A DNA stretch of 63,141 bases, counting the filler, from Conidiobolus incongruus B7586 (lineage: Eukaryota): NCBI GenBank assembly GCA_000697335.1. It is 5 parts of 5 records of this genome, joined end to end, with 100 filler letters (N's around TTAATTAATTAA, not from the genome) between each part and the next. Parts side by side here need not be neighbours in the genome. Positions count along the whole stretch, not along the records: positions 50,106 to 63,141 come from JNEM01000113.1; 4 more parts are not named here. One strand, written 5' to 3'. The position numbers were made by a program, and so were the translations under genes. Under the pieces are notes generated by a model. It was not told the origin of the DNA. It ran no database searches and saw only the letters and a list, made by a program, of their open reading frames with translations. Position 1 is the first letter of the stretch. Each line of letters opens with the position of its first letter. Shown one piece after another: positions 50,106 through 62,000 of this stretch.

Positions 50106-51114
50106 TTTTAAATATTAAAAGCTTATTAAAATATGATCAAAAAGATATTAATAATAAAAATTAATATATATTTTATATTATATATTAACTTTTATTAATT
50201 ATATATTAATAATTTTATTAAATTTTAATTTTAAATTTATATTATTATTTAATTTTTGCATAAATAATCATAATGTAATATAACTAATCAATATAATTTC
50301 AGATGACTTGTTCATATTATTTATTTTATAAGAAAAACAATTTTAATATGTATGGATTTATTTATTTAATAAATATTATATTAATGGGTATTTTACTTCA
50401 TATATAATATAATTTGGATAAATGGTAAATTGTATCTACTGTTGAGATGAAATATTCTTATTATATATATAACTAAAACTTTAATTATAATAATATTTAT
50501 TTATTATAATCCAATATTTCAATATTTTATTAAATTTCAAATGATTTAAAAGTAAAATTTTTTCTCTATTTAGAATTAAATCTTATTCTTTTACTATTAT
50601 CAATATCATCAGAGTTATATGTTAATCACATGCATAAAATAAATGTTATTTGACAATATAAAAGATTTTTTGTATTTTTAATTAAATTATGAATAGGAGT
50701 CAGTTTAGGATTTTTTTTATAAAAATTGAATATAATGATAAATTTAATTATATATCATTTTAAATGAATCTCGAGTTCTGTTGTAGCTAAGAGATTAATT
50801 AATTAATTATTAAAAAATTGATTTAATAAAAATATTAATAAAATTACTTTGTATATTTATAAAAATAATATAAAACAAATTCATGAATATTACTATTTAC
50901 ATATATTTTTTGAATTAACAAATAATATTTTTTGAGTAAATTGGCAATATAAAAAATTTTCAAATTTTTTTCTAAAATATTCCAATATAAAATTAATTAA
51001 TAATAGACTAATTCATTTAAATTATTATAATCAAACAAATATATGAAAAAATAATAATAATGTATAATAAATAATAAATTAGTAATTAAAAAGCTTATAT
51101 TATATGAATCAAAT

Positions 51115-51974
51115 TTAAGATCTAAACTTGGCTAATCTCTCAGCTAAATCGTCGTAATCCTTATTAGCTTGGGCAGGCTCGGCCGCTCCGGTCAATGGAT
51201 TGTTAGGAACGTTGAGCTCGTGATTGAGTTCAAGACCATGTTCGTCGGCTACTTGCTGCATAAGGGCATCCACTTCGTTGGGAGATGTAGTCAGCGTTGT
51301 AGCGCCTCCCATAGCACCTTCCATATATTCGGTTTGAACGTCGAGATCTTCGAATTGCGATTCGAATTTGTCCATAACCATAGATATCTAATAATAAATA
51401 TAAATAAAAAGTACTTTGAAAAAAATATACACGTTTACTTTTTCCAAATTCATAGTTTCCATAGCTTTATCCATACCGACTACCACATTAGCCATTGAAC
51501 TAGTAACCTAAAGTCCAATTAAAAAAATTATCAACTAATTTCTAAGTATATTACTCGTCTCATAGTCACAGCAGTTTGAACTCTACTAGCGACAGCATCA
51601 ATTCTAGAACTTAATTTCAAAAGGTTTAAAGATTCGTTCTTTTTACGGATTGCGTTGCTAGCGTAAATTCGAGCTCCTTCCATGTTACCTTGTTGAATAG
51701 CCTAACAACTTTTAATAAAAAAAATAAATATTAGAAGAGTTAATAATACCTTTTTGAGTTTTGACTTCTCTAAAGCTTCTTCCTTAGTACATCTCTTAGC
51801 TTGTCTTTGTAACGATTTGGAAGTAAACTAAACTCAAATATTAATTTATTTATTTATTTATTTTTAAGTTTTTATATACTTTTAAATTAAATAAATTTTC
51901 TAAATAAAAATAATGATAAATAATTTTATTTTATAAAATATTTTTAATATTAATTTACTCTCTAAATTTGACAT
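51115..51974 (-). CDS. DID2: ESCRT-III subunit Did2/Vps46/CHMP1 (200 aa, 6 exons)
   Basis: Exons 51974-51959, 51899-51880, 51827-51750, 51701-51555, 51507-51439, 51387-51115, all GT-AG and in frame: [22 protein letters not shown]...[12 protein letters not shown]...[10 protein letters not shown]...[10 protein letters not shown]. Confidence 0.96.
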
Positions 51975-52098
51975 AATTTTTTATATTGAATTGTGAAATA
52001 GTTTTAATAATAATAATAATAATAATAATTTTTTGAATTAATAAATAATTTTAAATGTTTGGATATTAATTTAATTGGAATTTTAGTAGTGACTGGGT

Positions 52099-52106
52099 TT
52101 ATGGGA
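52099..52106 (-). promoter_or_regulatory. TCCCATAA upstream element of DID2
   Basis: TTATGGGA on +, about 125 bp upstream of the ATG. Confidence 0.5.
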
Positions 52107-52626
52107 ATTGGATTATATATATTAGTTGGAAATTTATTGTTGGTTAAAATTGTGTATACTGCGTAATTTATAAATATAGATAAAATTACGGATTTTCTTA
52201 TATAATAATTGGGTATTTAATAAAATTTCTTTTAATTAATTGAAAAATATTATTCTTTTTTCTTCTTAAAATCTGAATAAACAAAAATCAACTAATTTAT
52301 TTTAAATATAACTCATTTATATATAAAATATACTTATATTTAAAATGAGTTTCAAAAATTTTAATTAAATTGGAATATATAGATTAGGAATAGTAAAGAC
52401 ACTGGTATAATATTTAAGGTCAAGAAATATTACTCAATATTAATCGAAATATTAAACTTTTTTGATAGTAAACTGGGTTAAGATATTACTAGATTTTCCT
52501 CTTTGGAATAGTTATCGATCACTATGATAATGATTAAAGCATTTATTATTCAAAACCTATATTAATATTTAATAAATAAAATTAAAACAGAGCAATTTTA
52601 TTAAGATGATAAAGTTAGTATTCAAT

Positions 52627-53176
52627 TCATTCTAATTGTAATTTACTTAATGAGGGATAGAGATGTCTATGTAAAGCCAAAGCCTAATATAAAATATTAA
52701 TCAATCAATTCAATTATCATAAATATATAAAATACTTTAGTTCTCATAAGACCAAATAAGCAATTTTTATCACCGACCAAACATAATAGCATATTGGCAA
52801 CTTTGAGGATAATTAATTTACCACCCTATTCAAAAAGATAAATAAAATTATGAAGATTAATGAGATGTAATACTTACTTCACATTCAAACAAAACCATAT
52901 CCAACTCATCATTCAAACTGGATCCAATCTTTTGATAGCTGGACCAAGTAAAAGAAGCTAGAGCCGAGTAAACAGTACCTAACTTGACATATTTTTCACT
53001 ATCTTGGGTACCTTCCTCAACCCCAAAAGCTAGTAATGAACTATCTAAACTCAAAAGTCTAAAAAACAAAATTAATCATAGTCTATAACTAATTATAATT
53101 ATATTTACAAGCTACACTTGACTCCTTTAGTACAACTTTCATTTAATATTTTATTTAATAATTTGGGTTTTAACAT
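52627..53176 (-). CDS. LAMTOR2: Ragulator subunit LAMTOR2 (roadblock fold; 131 aa, 4 exons)
   Basis: Exons 53176-53109, 53058-52878, 52825-52736, 52683-52627 give MLKPKLLNKILNESCTKGVKCSLLLSLDSSLLAF...SALASFTWSSY...MVLFECEGGKLIILKVANMLLCL...FGLMRTKALALHRHLYPSL, co-linear with animal LAMTOR2 (MLRPK...GSLLAY...VANLLLC...FGMLKAKAQAL). Confidence 0.92.
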
Positions 53177-53275
53177 TATATTTTAATTATTATATATTTA
53201 CATATATTTTTAAATGTTTAATTGGACTGCTGGTTTTTAGATTAAATTTAAATTATTAAATTTAAAATAATTAGA

Positions 53276-53283
53276 TTATGGGA
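53276..53283 (-). promoter_or_regulatory. TCCCATAA upstream element of LAMTOR2
   Basis: TTATGGGA on +, about 100 bp upstream of the ATG. Confidence 0.5.
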
Positions 53284-54253
53284 ATTTTAGATTGAATTAA
53301 TTATAATTAATGATTTAATTTATTTATTAGTATTATAATAAAAATTTCGAATTCAAACAATAGTGATCTCAAATTTTATATATTTAACAAAATCAGTTTT
53401 TTTTGCTTATTTTGATCTCCCCTTGATTTTATTTTGTTTCTTTGTAAGAATTTTGTATATTAATAAATTTTTAATGTATAATTACAACTCAGAGAAACCA
53501 AAAGATCATTAGGAGTATAATGAAATGATACATTATTAACAAAAATGATTTTTAATGATATATTTAATCAATAAACTAAATATCGTAAACTATCTAATAA
53601 TGGTAATAAATAAAACATGATATACAAATATATTGAAGGTTGAATATAAATTGCTATTAAATTACAAAATTTTTGTATAATTATGAAAAATTAAATAGTC
53701 AAATTCAATAAATTAAAACGTTTATTCAGGATGAAAATAAAATAATTTCATTAAAAATAATATTCTAGAGAATTATTAAAGAAAACATTCATTACTTTTT
53801 ATAACTTACCAGAGATCAATAACTAACAATTTCTTATAGTGAATTTAATTAAAAAATATTCTCAAATTTTATTTATATTAGATCTCACATTCATTGATAC
53901 CTAATATACACAATGAAATCTTGCTTAACAGTTACAATTTTTAAGTAAATTTATATAAAAGTTACCTTAAATGAAACATTAATTTCTTATAATTAACCCA
54001 TTATATGGCTTTTTGAGAATTCACCATTAATCAAACTTTTTCAATTATTCCATAAGTTTATTCATATAAATCATTGGAATTAATATTAATTCATAAATAT
54101 AGCATAAATTATATTAATTTGATAGCATTATTCCTAATTTCATTGTCAATTTATATCAATTATAGTATTTTTAGTCAATAGGATAATAGATAATAACAAA
54201 CCTAATATGTTATATCAACTTTGATATTAACGTTAATATAATGAAAAATATTT

Positions 54254-55924
54254 ATGAAATTCGATAAATGGAATTTAATTGATATTTAGTATAAAGATTA
54301 ATATAAATCTTTCTTTAAACTACTTGATAAATTTCAACCAATGACACATTTACCATTATTTTCGTATACTTGAATTAACATTGGTGTGTAGTAAATAGTA
54401 TGATAACAAAGATATTCAATATAAATTTTGTTCAATTCATCAAATACTATGATTCGCAAAATTTAGGAATAATCTTTTATTAATTAAAATAAATTAGATT
54501 AATCTTTAAGTATTACAAAAATACCGCTAAATAGCTGAATTAAAGATTAGCAAAAGTTTATCCAAATTATGATAAAGATTTGAGTGACTAATAATAAAGA
54601 TAAATTAATGTTATTAAAAGGTAGAAAAGATTTTGCCATTTATTAAAATTTTATCAAAGTTTACTAATTTATGAAATTAGACAGATATGAGATAAGTGAT
54701 AACAAAGATAGTTTTTTAAATTAATCCAATTAGATTCCTATGAACTTTGATAAAAGAGTTAAATTGAATTACCAAAATATTGGATTTTTTAGTGGTAGAA
54801 TATGGAGGATAATCTTAACTATAACCAAATTAGAGAAATGGAGTTGACTAGCAATGGGTTTATTGAGACCAAAAGAATGATAATCATCTCAAATGTAACA
54901 AACTTAAAGTAAGTTCAAGTATTTGAAGCGCTAAAAGGGAACTAAAACTTTAGTTTTAGTTAAATTTTTTAAATCAGTTTGTTACAATCTATCAAGCATT
55001 CTCCAACAGGTGATATTCAAATTGATTTGGAATTGATAAGCTCAATTCAGTAAATATGTAAAAAGGTTAATTTTATTTCAAATTCAAAAGGATAAAATAG
55101 GAAACAGTTTAACTGGTTAAAAATTAGTTGACCAATTATTTTCATTTAGATTTAATTTATTTTTAAATTGAGTATCTAGGAATTGAATTAGGTTATAAAC
55201 AGCTTATCACTTGTGTTGTTAGTATAGATTAAAAGGATCAAGGAGGGAGATTAATATTGATTCTAATCAATATCATTTCATTAATTGATATATCTAAAAA
55301 GGATTATTGATACCATATCTATTGATTGTAATCAACTCCATCTTCTATTTTAGAATGATTAAATAATTCTCTTTCAGATAATTGGAAGAAGATTTTAAAG
55401 ATGATTAAAATGAACCAAATTATAGATAATAATCGATGAATTTAGCCCAAATATGATAAGAATTTGAAATATATTCAATCATCTCGTGCAAATTAAGCAT
55501 GGTGGTAGCGAGAATAGTGGTTAAAACATCCAATGCCATTGGACAATCATGAAACTTGGAAATGTTCAAAAGCGCTGATCTTGATGCTAAAAATTTTTAA
55601 ATTCCATCCTTAGTAAAATTATTGTAAATTTCCTAGAATTCTTCGCCACCCGTAGCACTTTCCCCAACATTTGTTATCACTTGACAATTGTCCAAACCAG
55701 CATGTTACGATAATGGGTCAAAAGTGTCTAATTTTAATATTGAAGCAAGGATAAAATTGAAATTATTCAGTATTTGGGAAATACCTCAATTTGAACTCAA
55801 ATTGATTTTTCAGGGGCTAAAAAACAAATTTTTTGTTAATTTGTTACTAAATGTAATGGCTATTATTAGCAAATTTTATTATACAGGAATTAAAAATGAA
55901 CAGATTCAAGATACAATGGTATGA
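54254..55924 (+). pseudogene. Decayed F-box/LRR-like gene
   Basis: ILELTLVCSK*Y (~54366-54401) resembles the F-box LxLVCKxW motif; DNCPN near 55683; many stops. Confidence 0.35.
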
Positions 55925-56817
55925 TGGTTTAAAAATTAAGGTACATATTTCAGATCATAACTTTCATGTCTTGTCATCCTATCAGCATACATAAAAAAAC
56001 TGAATAATTTTATTTTAAGTATCTTTTACAAGTGATTTCAAGTTAATAATAGTTTCAAATTTTGTAAGTATTGAATATTTAGGAAAGTCATTCAATTAAT
56101 TCGATAGCGTTCCACACTATCCATTTAAAAAATACTATCTAATATTACTTGAAAAAGCTGATTATATGCTAATTATGATTTAAATTGATCAGGAACTATA
56201 TCATCCATATGATACCTCACTTTTTTAATAAAGGTAAGAATGAATGAAGTGCAATAAGCCACTCAAAGGTTAATTAAATTAAACAAGGGAAGTTTGATAT
56301 AAATATTAAGATTATATTTAAGTGAAACGTGGTCCGATTTCTCCCGTATAGTCCAGTTTGACTTTTTTATAGGTTTAAGGGGCTTGAATGATGATAGGCG
56401 ATGTGATGATAGATGTGTTTATTTTGGTCATAATTTCGATATCTACAGAGAGTGATAGTGATATGGAAAAATAACGATTTGTTTAGGGTTAGTTTGAATG
56501 TTACTTATTCTCCATCGTTACCATAAAGCTTGCTTTATTAGATTAGGTGAATAGATAGTGGAAGATTTTCTTGTTAGCTTAATTAGCTATTTTGAAAGTG
56601 AGATATGGGAGAATACGGGATTTCATAGTGTATAGAATAGTATTATTTTGATAGTGAATGAGAGAATGGGAAGGGTGGAAATGAGTTAAATTGATGTGAA
56701 TGATAAGGGTTCCATAAGGGGAGATTTTGAATGGTTCGGGTATCTAGAAAGGTCCATTTCAATAGATTTCCCCTAATAGGACAATTCTCAATGTAATAGT
56801 TTTGGATCTTCAATCCC

Positions 56818-57530
56818 TATATAAATGCAACTCTCCTTTCGAATTTGAATTTTTTGTGTATTCTTTGCTAATTTTGCTCAGTTATTAATTCTAATAGTAG
56901 AGAAACAATTCTTTTAAAGAATTTAATATCATTATCAAAGGAGAACATACATAAATTAAAGAAATTGTTTTCTTAATTTTCAGTTCATATTCCTTGTCAT
57001 CTTACCTTTATCAAATACACTTCTCTCTCACTCTTACCTTCTCGTTTTGAGTCTATAGCGCTGTACTAATAGACCCAATCCGACTCTTTATCTTTATCTT
57101 TCTGATATCTTATTGTATTTCATTCCCAAATATTTTTTACCAAAACTATCAATTTGATAGACAAAACCTCCATTTCACCAAAAAACTCAAACCACGAATT
57201 AATTCACATTGAGAATTAATTGAACTAATTTAAGTTAAACCCAACTATTCTAAATTGATCAACCTTATCTTTCCTCAATCCAAATTTAATTAAATCCCAA
57301 TCCCGCTTGGCCTTATCACAACGCTCTTGCCTCCACACCAACTGTTGAAAACCTATCAATCGTCTTCCTTTCTACTATTTGAACGATTCCTTTCTCGGTT
57401 CTTGCAATATCTTTTTTTATAACAAAAACTTGACTGATTTGTAATTTAGTCTATATTATTACTTTGTATTTAATAAGTTTAAAATCTTTCTATTTAATTG
57501 TAATTTTATAATATAATCTATATTAAAACT
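56818..57530 (+). promoter_or_regulatory. TATA box plus about 700-nt ATG-free putative 5' leader of the Reg1-like gene
   Basis: TATATAAA at 56818-56825; no ATG found by eye from 56828 to 57530; pyrimidine-rich sense strand. Confidence 0.5.
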
Positions 57531-58631
57531 ATGATGGACGCAACGTATTTACATCCTCCTGCTACTTTCGTTCCAACGAGTTGGGGCTGGGAGACGCAGC
57601 CTGCTTCCCAAATTAACCACTGTGATGACGAAGTTAATACGCCGATACCTTCTTATTGTGTAGACTATTTAACTCACAGATGGGATTCCGAGGATCTTGC
57701 GCATTCTTGGCGAGCAATTTCAAAATCTAAACATGATAGTATCAAGTGCAAAAGACTAGAAAATGCAAGCTGGAGGATATGGGCTCAACAGCGCAACCGT
57801 CTTCCCACTCTTCATCCTTCTCAGCTCAACTGGCACAAAGATAATGATATCACTTGGCTATATGGCCCTCTTCTAACAAAACGACGACCCTCAGCGGTTC
57901 CAACTCTTACTAAGAGCCAGTCTTTTACAAGTCTTCAAACCCTTAAGCCTGCATTAAAAAAGCGCTCCAGTTGGGGAGATTTGCGTCTATTTTCTAAATC
58001 TCCGAGTGTAAGTAGCTGTGCAACGGGAGATTCTAGTGCAACTAACTCCACACTGGTGACGGAAGCTGGTACTCCATATAAAACGGAAAAACCCCGACTC
58101 AGATTTAATTCTTACGTAGAGCAATACCAGAGCATAAATTATGATTATTCATCACCTGTCATCGATCCAGAATCTTCTGTGAGTACTGGTCGTAGAAATA
58201 CGATACCTCCATGCACTGTGACCCGTCTGCATCCCACTACCCTTAAATCAGATGCTCCTAACGAACGCAAATTTGGTCACTCTCATCCTAATCCTTATCG
58301 TCGTGTCTACCGTCGCAAATCCATCAACGCTTACGAAGACACACCGTCCTTCGACGAAGTTGACTTGGATGAAGACGGCTACCTAGATAACGATGACTTT
58401 AACGAAAATAATACACATCAGGGTATCCTTAGTCGCATTTTGCGAAATTTGCACAACAATGGTAATGACGACCGTCGGACAGATCAAGAAGAGCTCGAAG
58501 ACAACGAGGTAGCAGACATTGACGAACTCGAAAGACTTGGCAACGGCGCAATTCAAATCATCAACAAGGGCTATCTGGTCGTTCACAATACCCTGGAAGT
58601 AATGAGTTGGTGCCGCAGTTTACTATTTTAA
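57531..58631 (+). CDS. Reg1-like PP1 (Glc7) regulatory subunit with DUF1752-type domain
   Basis: VDYLTHRW...SWR...RLENASWRIWAQ...LNWHKDNDITWLYGPL, KPALKKRS, RVxF-like RLRFNSYVEQ. Confidence 0.85.
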   Translation: MMDATYLHPPATFVPTSWGWETQPASQINHCDDEVNTPIPSYCVDYLTHRWDSEDLAHSWRAISKSKHDSIKCKRLENASWRIWAQQRNRLPTLHPSQLNWHKDNDITWLYGPLLTKRRPSAVPTLTKSQSFTSLQTLKPALKKRSSWGDLRLFSKSPSVSSCATGDSSATNSTLVTEAGTPYKTEKPRLRFNSYVEQYQSINYDYSSPVIDPESSVSTGRRNTIPPCTVTRLHPTTLKSDAPNERKFGHSHPNPYRRVYRRKSINAYEDTPSFDEVDLDEDGYLDNDDFNENNTHQGILSRILRNLHNNGNDDRRTDQEELEDNEVADIDELERLGNGAIQIINKGYLVVHNTLEVMSWCRSLLF

Positions 58632-59171
58632 AAAATTTTAAAACAATCTATCAACTGTAAATTCACTCTGTTTACTACATCATAATAAAAAACTCTCCCT
58701 TAATGTAATTACTCCAAATTCACTCAAATTTGCATATTTGTATACTTACAATTAATCATGTTCCCAATCCATAAGGAAATCAATAAAGTTGTCACGAATC
58801 TTGACAATTGTTTCAGTTCCAAAGTGTTATTACGAAAGTTTATACTTTCTGCAGTTGACATCATTTCTGTTGCTTGTTGTCTTGGTTTATTGATTCATAA
58901 GTTCAAGGAACCAATATGATTCGATTTTTATCAGGCTTGAAAGAATAACCTGTTTCTAGCTAATTTTCCAATGTTAGTAAATTGAATGCAACCAATTTAA
59001 AATCATCAAACTTATTATTTCAATATTACAACACTTTAACTTTATAATTGATATTTAAAAATTCTTAAGTCTAACAAATCATTTATAGTTTATTTAAATT
59101 AATTTTTCAAAAATTGAATTTAATAAAATATTAATTTGTTTTAATTATTAAAATTAAAAGAAATAAAAAAA

Positions 59172-59179
59172 ACCCATAA
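59172..59179 (+). promoter_or_regulatory. ACCCATAA variant upstream of the cyclin gene
   Basis: About 145 bp upstream of the ATG, sense orientation, an isolated CCC in almost pure A/T sequence. Confidence 0.4.
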
Positions 59180-59323
59180 ATTATTTATTAATAATTTTTA
59201 ATTTATTTTGATTTTTAAATTTAATTAAATTTAATTTATAATTTGTAAATAATTTATTTTTGTTAATAAAATTAACAAATTAAAAATTTATAAAATCAAA
59301 TAATAATAATAATAATAATAATA

Positions 59324-60369
59324 ATGTCAGATAGTCAACCTAACCATGATGAATTCGAAGATATTCACCAAACTGTAGAAATTGCAAGTTTACCATTACC
59401 CCAAGAAACTATTGAAGCATTCTTCACAAGGTTGAAGGATGAACCCCTTAACGCTAGGCTAGAAGCTCTCCAACTTGGGAAGGATGTTTGCTCTATGTTT
59501 CCTGAACCTCTGTAAGTAATTGATAAAAATTTTTGATAAAATAATTCACTAATTGAAACTAGTCCCAATTATATATTTTATACGGCAAGTCACTTATTTA
59601 ACCAATTTTTTGTAACCAATTCTTTAAAAGAATTTCCTTTAGAAGTAAGTTTATATGAAATTAATTTTAATTATTTTAATTAATAAATAATTTTTTTAGG
59701 AAATTATTTTAACTTGTATTCATATTAGTTTAAAAGTATGGGAAATTGAAATTGAAATTGAGACTTTATGTATTCTTGGACTTAGGTGTATTAAACGTAA
59801 TTTTCAGCTCAATTTTACTAAATTACAAAATTTGGAGCCATTTTGGGAAAAGTTAATTAATTGGGATATTGAAATTTTAAATGTTGTAAATATTGAATTT
59901 GCTGTGAATACAGCTGATTTGGATTTAGGGGAGAAGGTTCAGAATGCTTTGGGCAAGTTTTATTTAAATAATAATAATAATAATAAATATGATTATTGAT
60001 TGTGATTTAGGCTATTTCGAATTCAGTTCGACATCTGATGAAGACTTTGTCATTGATTTTTATGAACGTACGATATGCACCCTAAATGATATCTATCTTA
60101 CGCCAATGCCAGGCATCTACCCTGGTCACTATATTGCAGCGAGTGCATTTTATCTCACCACCCTGAGGTATCCTGCACCAATGGCTGATAATTGGCTCAA
60201 ATATTTTAGTTTAAATACAATGGACTTGTTCCACATTTATCAGATAATTTATCATACACTCACTAGATTGCAAGCATTACAACCTCCCAACAGTGCTGTA
60301 GATGGACCAATTAACGAGTATCCAAGCGCTGAAAGTATTCAAATTGACGCGAATCGAACCACTGCATAA
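59324..60369 (+). CDS. Divergent transcriptional cyclin (K/T/L/H-like; about 293 aa, 4 exons)
   Basis: Exons 59324-59511, 59563-59644, 59700-59952, 60011-60369; third intron is GC-AG. Cyclin box TASHLFNQFFVTNSLKEFPLEEIILTCIHISLKVWE...EILNVVNIEF; second fold YPGHYIAASAFYL. Confidence 0.75.
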
Positions 60370-60628
60370 ATAGACATTATAAAAACTAATCATTTTCATT
60401 TTAATAGTTAGATAAACATCAAATATAATAAATTAGTATCAAATTTATTTATGCTGATTTAACATTTGATTCAAACCACCAACTGAACTTAGTTCATTTA
60501 AGAATACTCTACAATTAGTTACAGTTTTTAATTGGTGCTCTCTAGAGGTGTCATATGGTTAAATCTGATAAAAATTATCAGTTGAATTGTTAATTATCAT
60601 AATAGTAATAATAATTAATTTATCAATT

Positions 60629-62000
60629 ATGTCAACTCTAGCTAGAATGTTCACTTTAAAAATATTTCAACTTCCTTGTTAAAGAAATATCAAAATCACT
60701 TAAATCAAAAGGATGTCTATTATCCAAAGTAGATAATTGATAAGTTGAAAATGGTGTTAAATATTAAGGCTGACACGGTATATAATATCCATTTAAGTAC
60801 CTTCATTAACGACTATTTAAATCTTGGCAAAGTTACAATGCTCTGTGATATGATTACTACAGCTTTTATTTAAGTTTTAAAACAATTAAAGATTTTATCA
60901 ATTTCATAGTTGTATCAACTTATGCAAAGCTTATACCCATCCTTTAGTATCCATTGTATATTCGTTAAAATTGAGATAATCTAAATTTAATAATCATTTT
61001 CAATTAAATTCAGATTATTTATTTTACGAAACTTATCCAATTTCTCTTTTGTATGACAATAGATATTATTGGAATCAAATAGAAATTTGGATATTGGTAT
61101 ATTTAAATTTAAAAATTATGTATTAATGTGGCAAACTGGTGAATTTTGACCATTATTAAAATATCCATTTGTGGGTTATTATGAGGATCGGTCTTTACAC
61201 TAGATTCGGTATACAATCTTAATTGCCAGTAATCAGTAGTTGGAGAGAATATATATAATTTGATTTATCTTATGATACTTTTGAGTGCGTAATATAGTTC
61301 CAATTGTAACAATTTAATTAGATTAATTCATGGTAATTTGTGTTGTTTTGTCAAGATATTTATGTCAAGTTTGATGATTAAGGATTGATTGTTGTAGTAA
61401 TATATGTTGTCTTAGAATGTTGAATTGAAATGATAATTTCAACCTTCTATAAATACACACAGTTAATTGTGCATTGATTATTAAATTTAATATTTACCAT
61501 TTTGATTAACTTTTTGAGATTATTTTACCATTACACTCAATTTGAATTTATTGAATGTTGGGTTATAGTCTTGATTGAAAGCTTTGGTTTCATAATTTAC
61601 ACTCTCTACCTAACCAAAAGGTTAGTATAGAATAGATCATGCTAGAATAGAAGCTTATAACAACTAGTCAACATCCATTAGCAATCATAGTTATAATTAA
61701 TTTATACATGATTTTTAAATCTTCAATAACCAAAAATAATCCCTAGTTAAAATATCCCTACTCTGTCATCAATTGAAATTCAAACGAATATTCTGTAACA
61801 AAATAATATCAGCCATCGATCTAAATCCCAATAATAAGCATATTCATCAAACCTTAATTGAATATAGAAGAACTACATCACTACTCCAATACCTAACTAA
61901 GGTCGTAAAACGACTACAGCAAGACTATATAAATTTAAACTTTTCTAAGCTCATCATCCCATTGCTAATGTCAAATTTGGACATTTTGTTTCGAGTATGA
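60629..62000 (+). pseudogene. Decayed gene, possibly F-box/LRR-like
   Basis: Fragments LVKEISK/HLNQKD.../LIS*KWC*ILR near 60670-60770 resemble an F-box; coding-like composition to about 62000. Confidence 0.25.

Noticed and set aside
59299..59323. (TAA)n runs near start codons (also ~8038-8055 and ~52005-52028)
   Set aside because: Common microsatellite in an AT-rich genome; orientation is inconsistent and it also occurs in introns.
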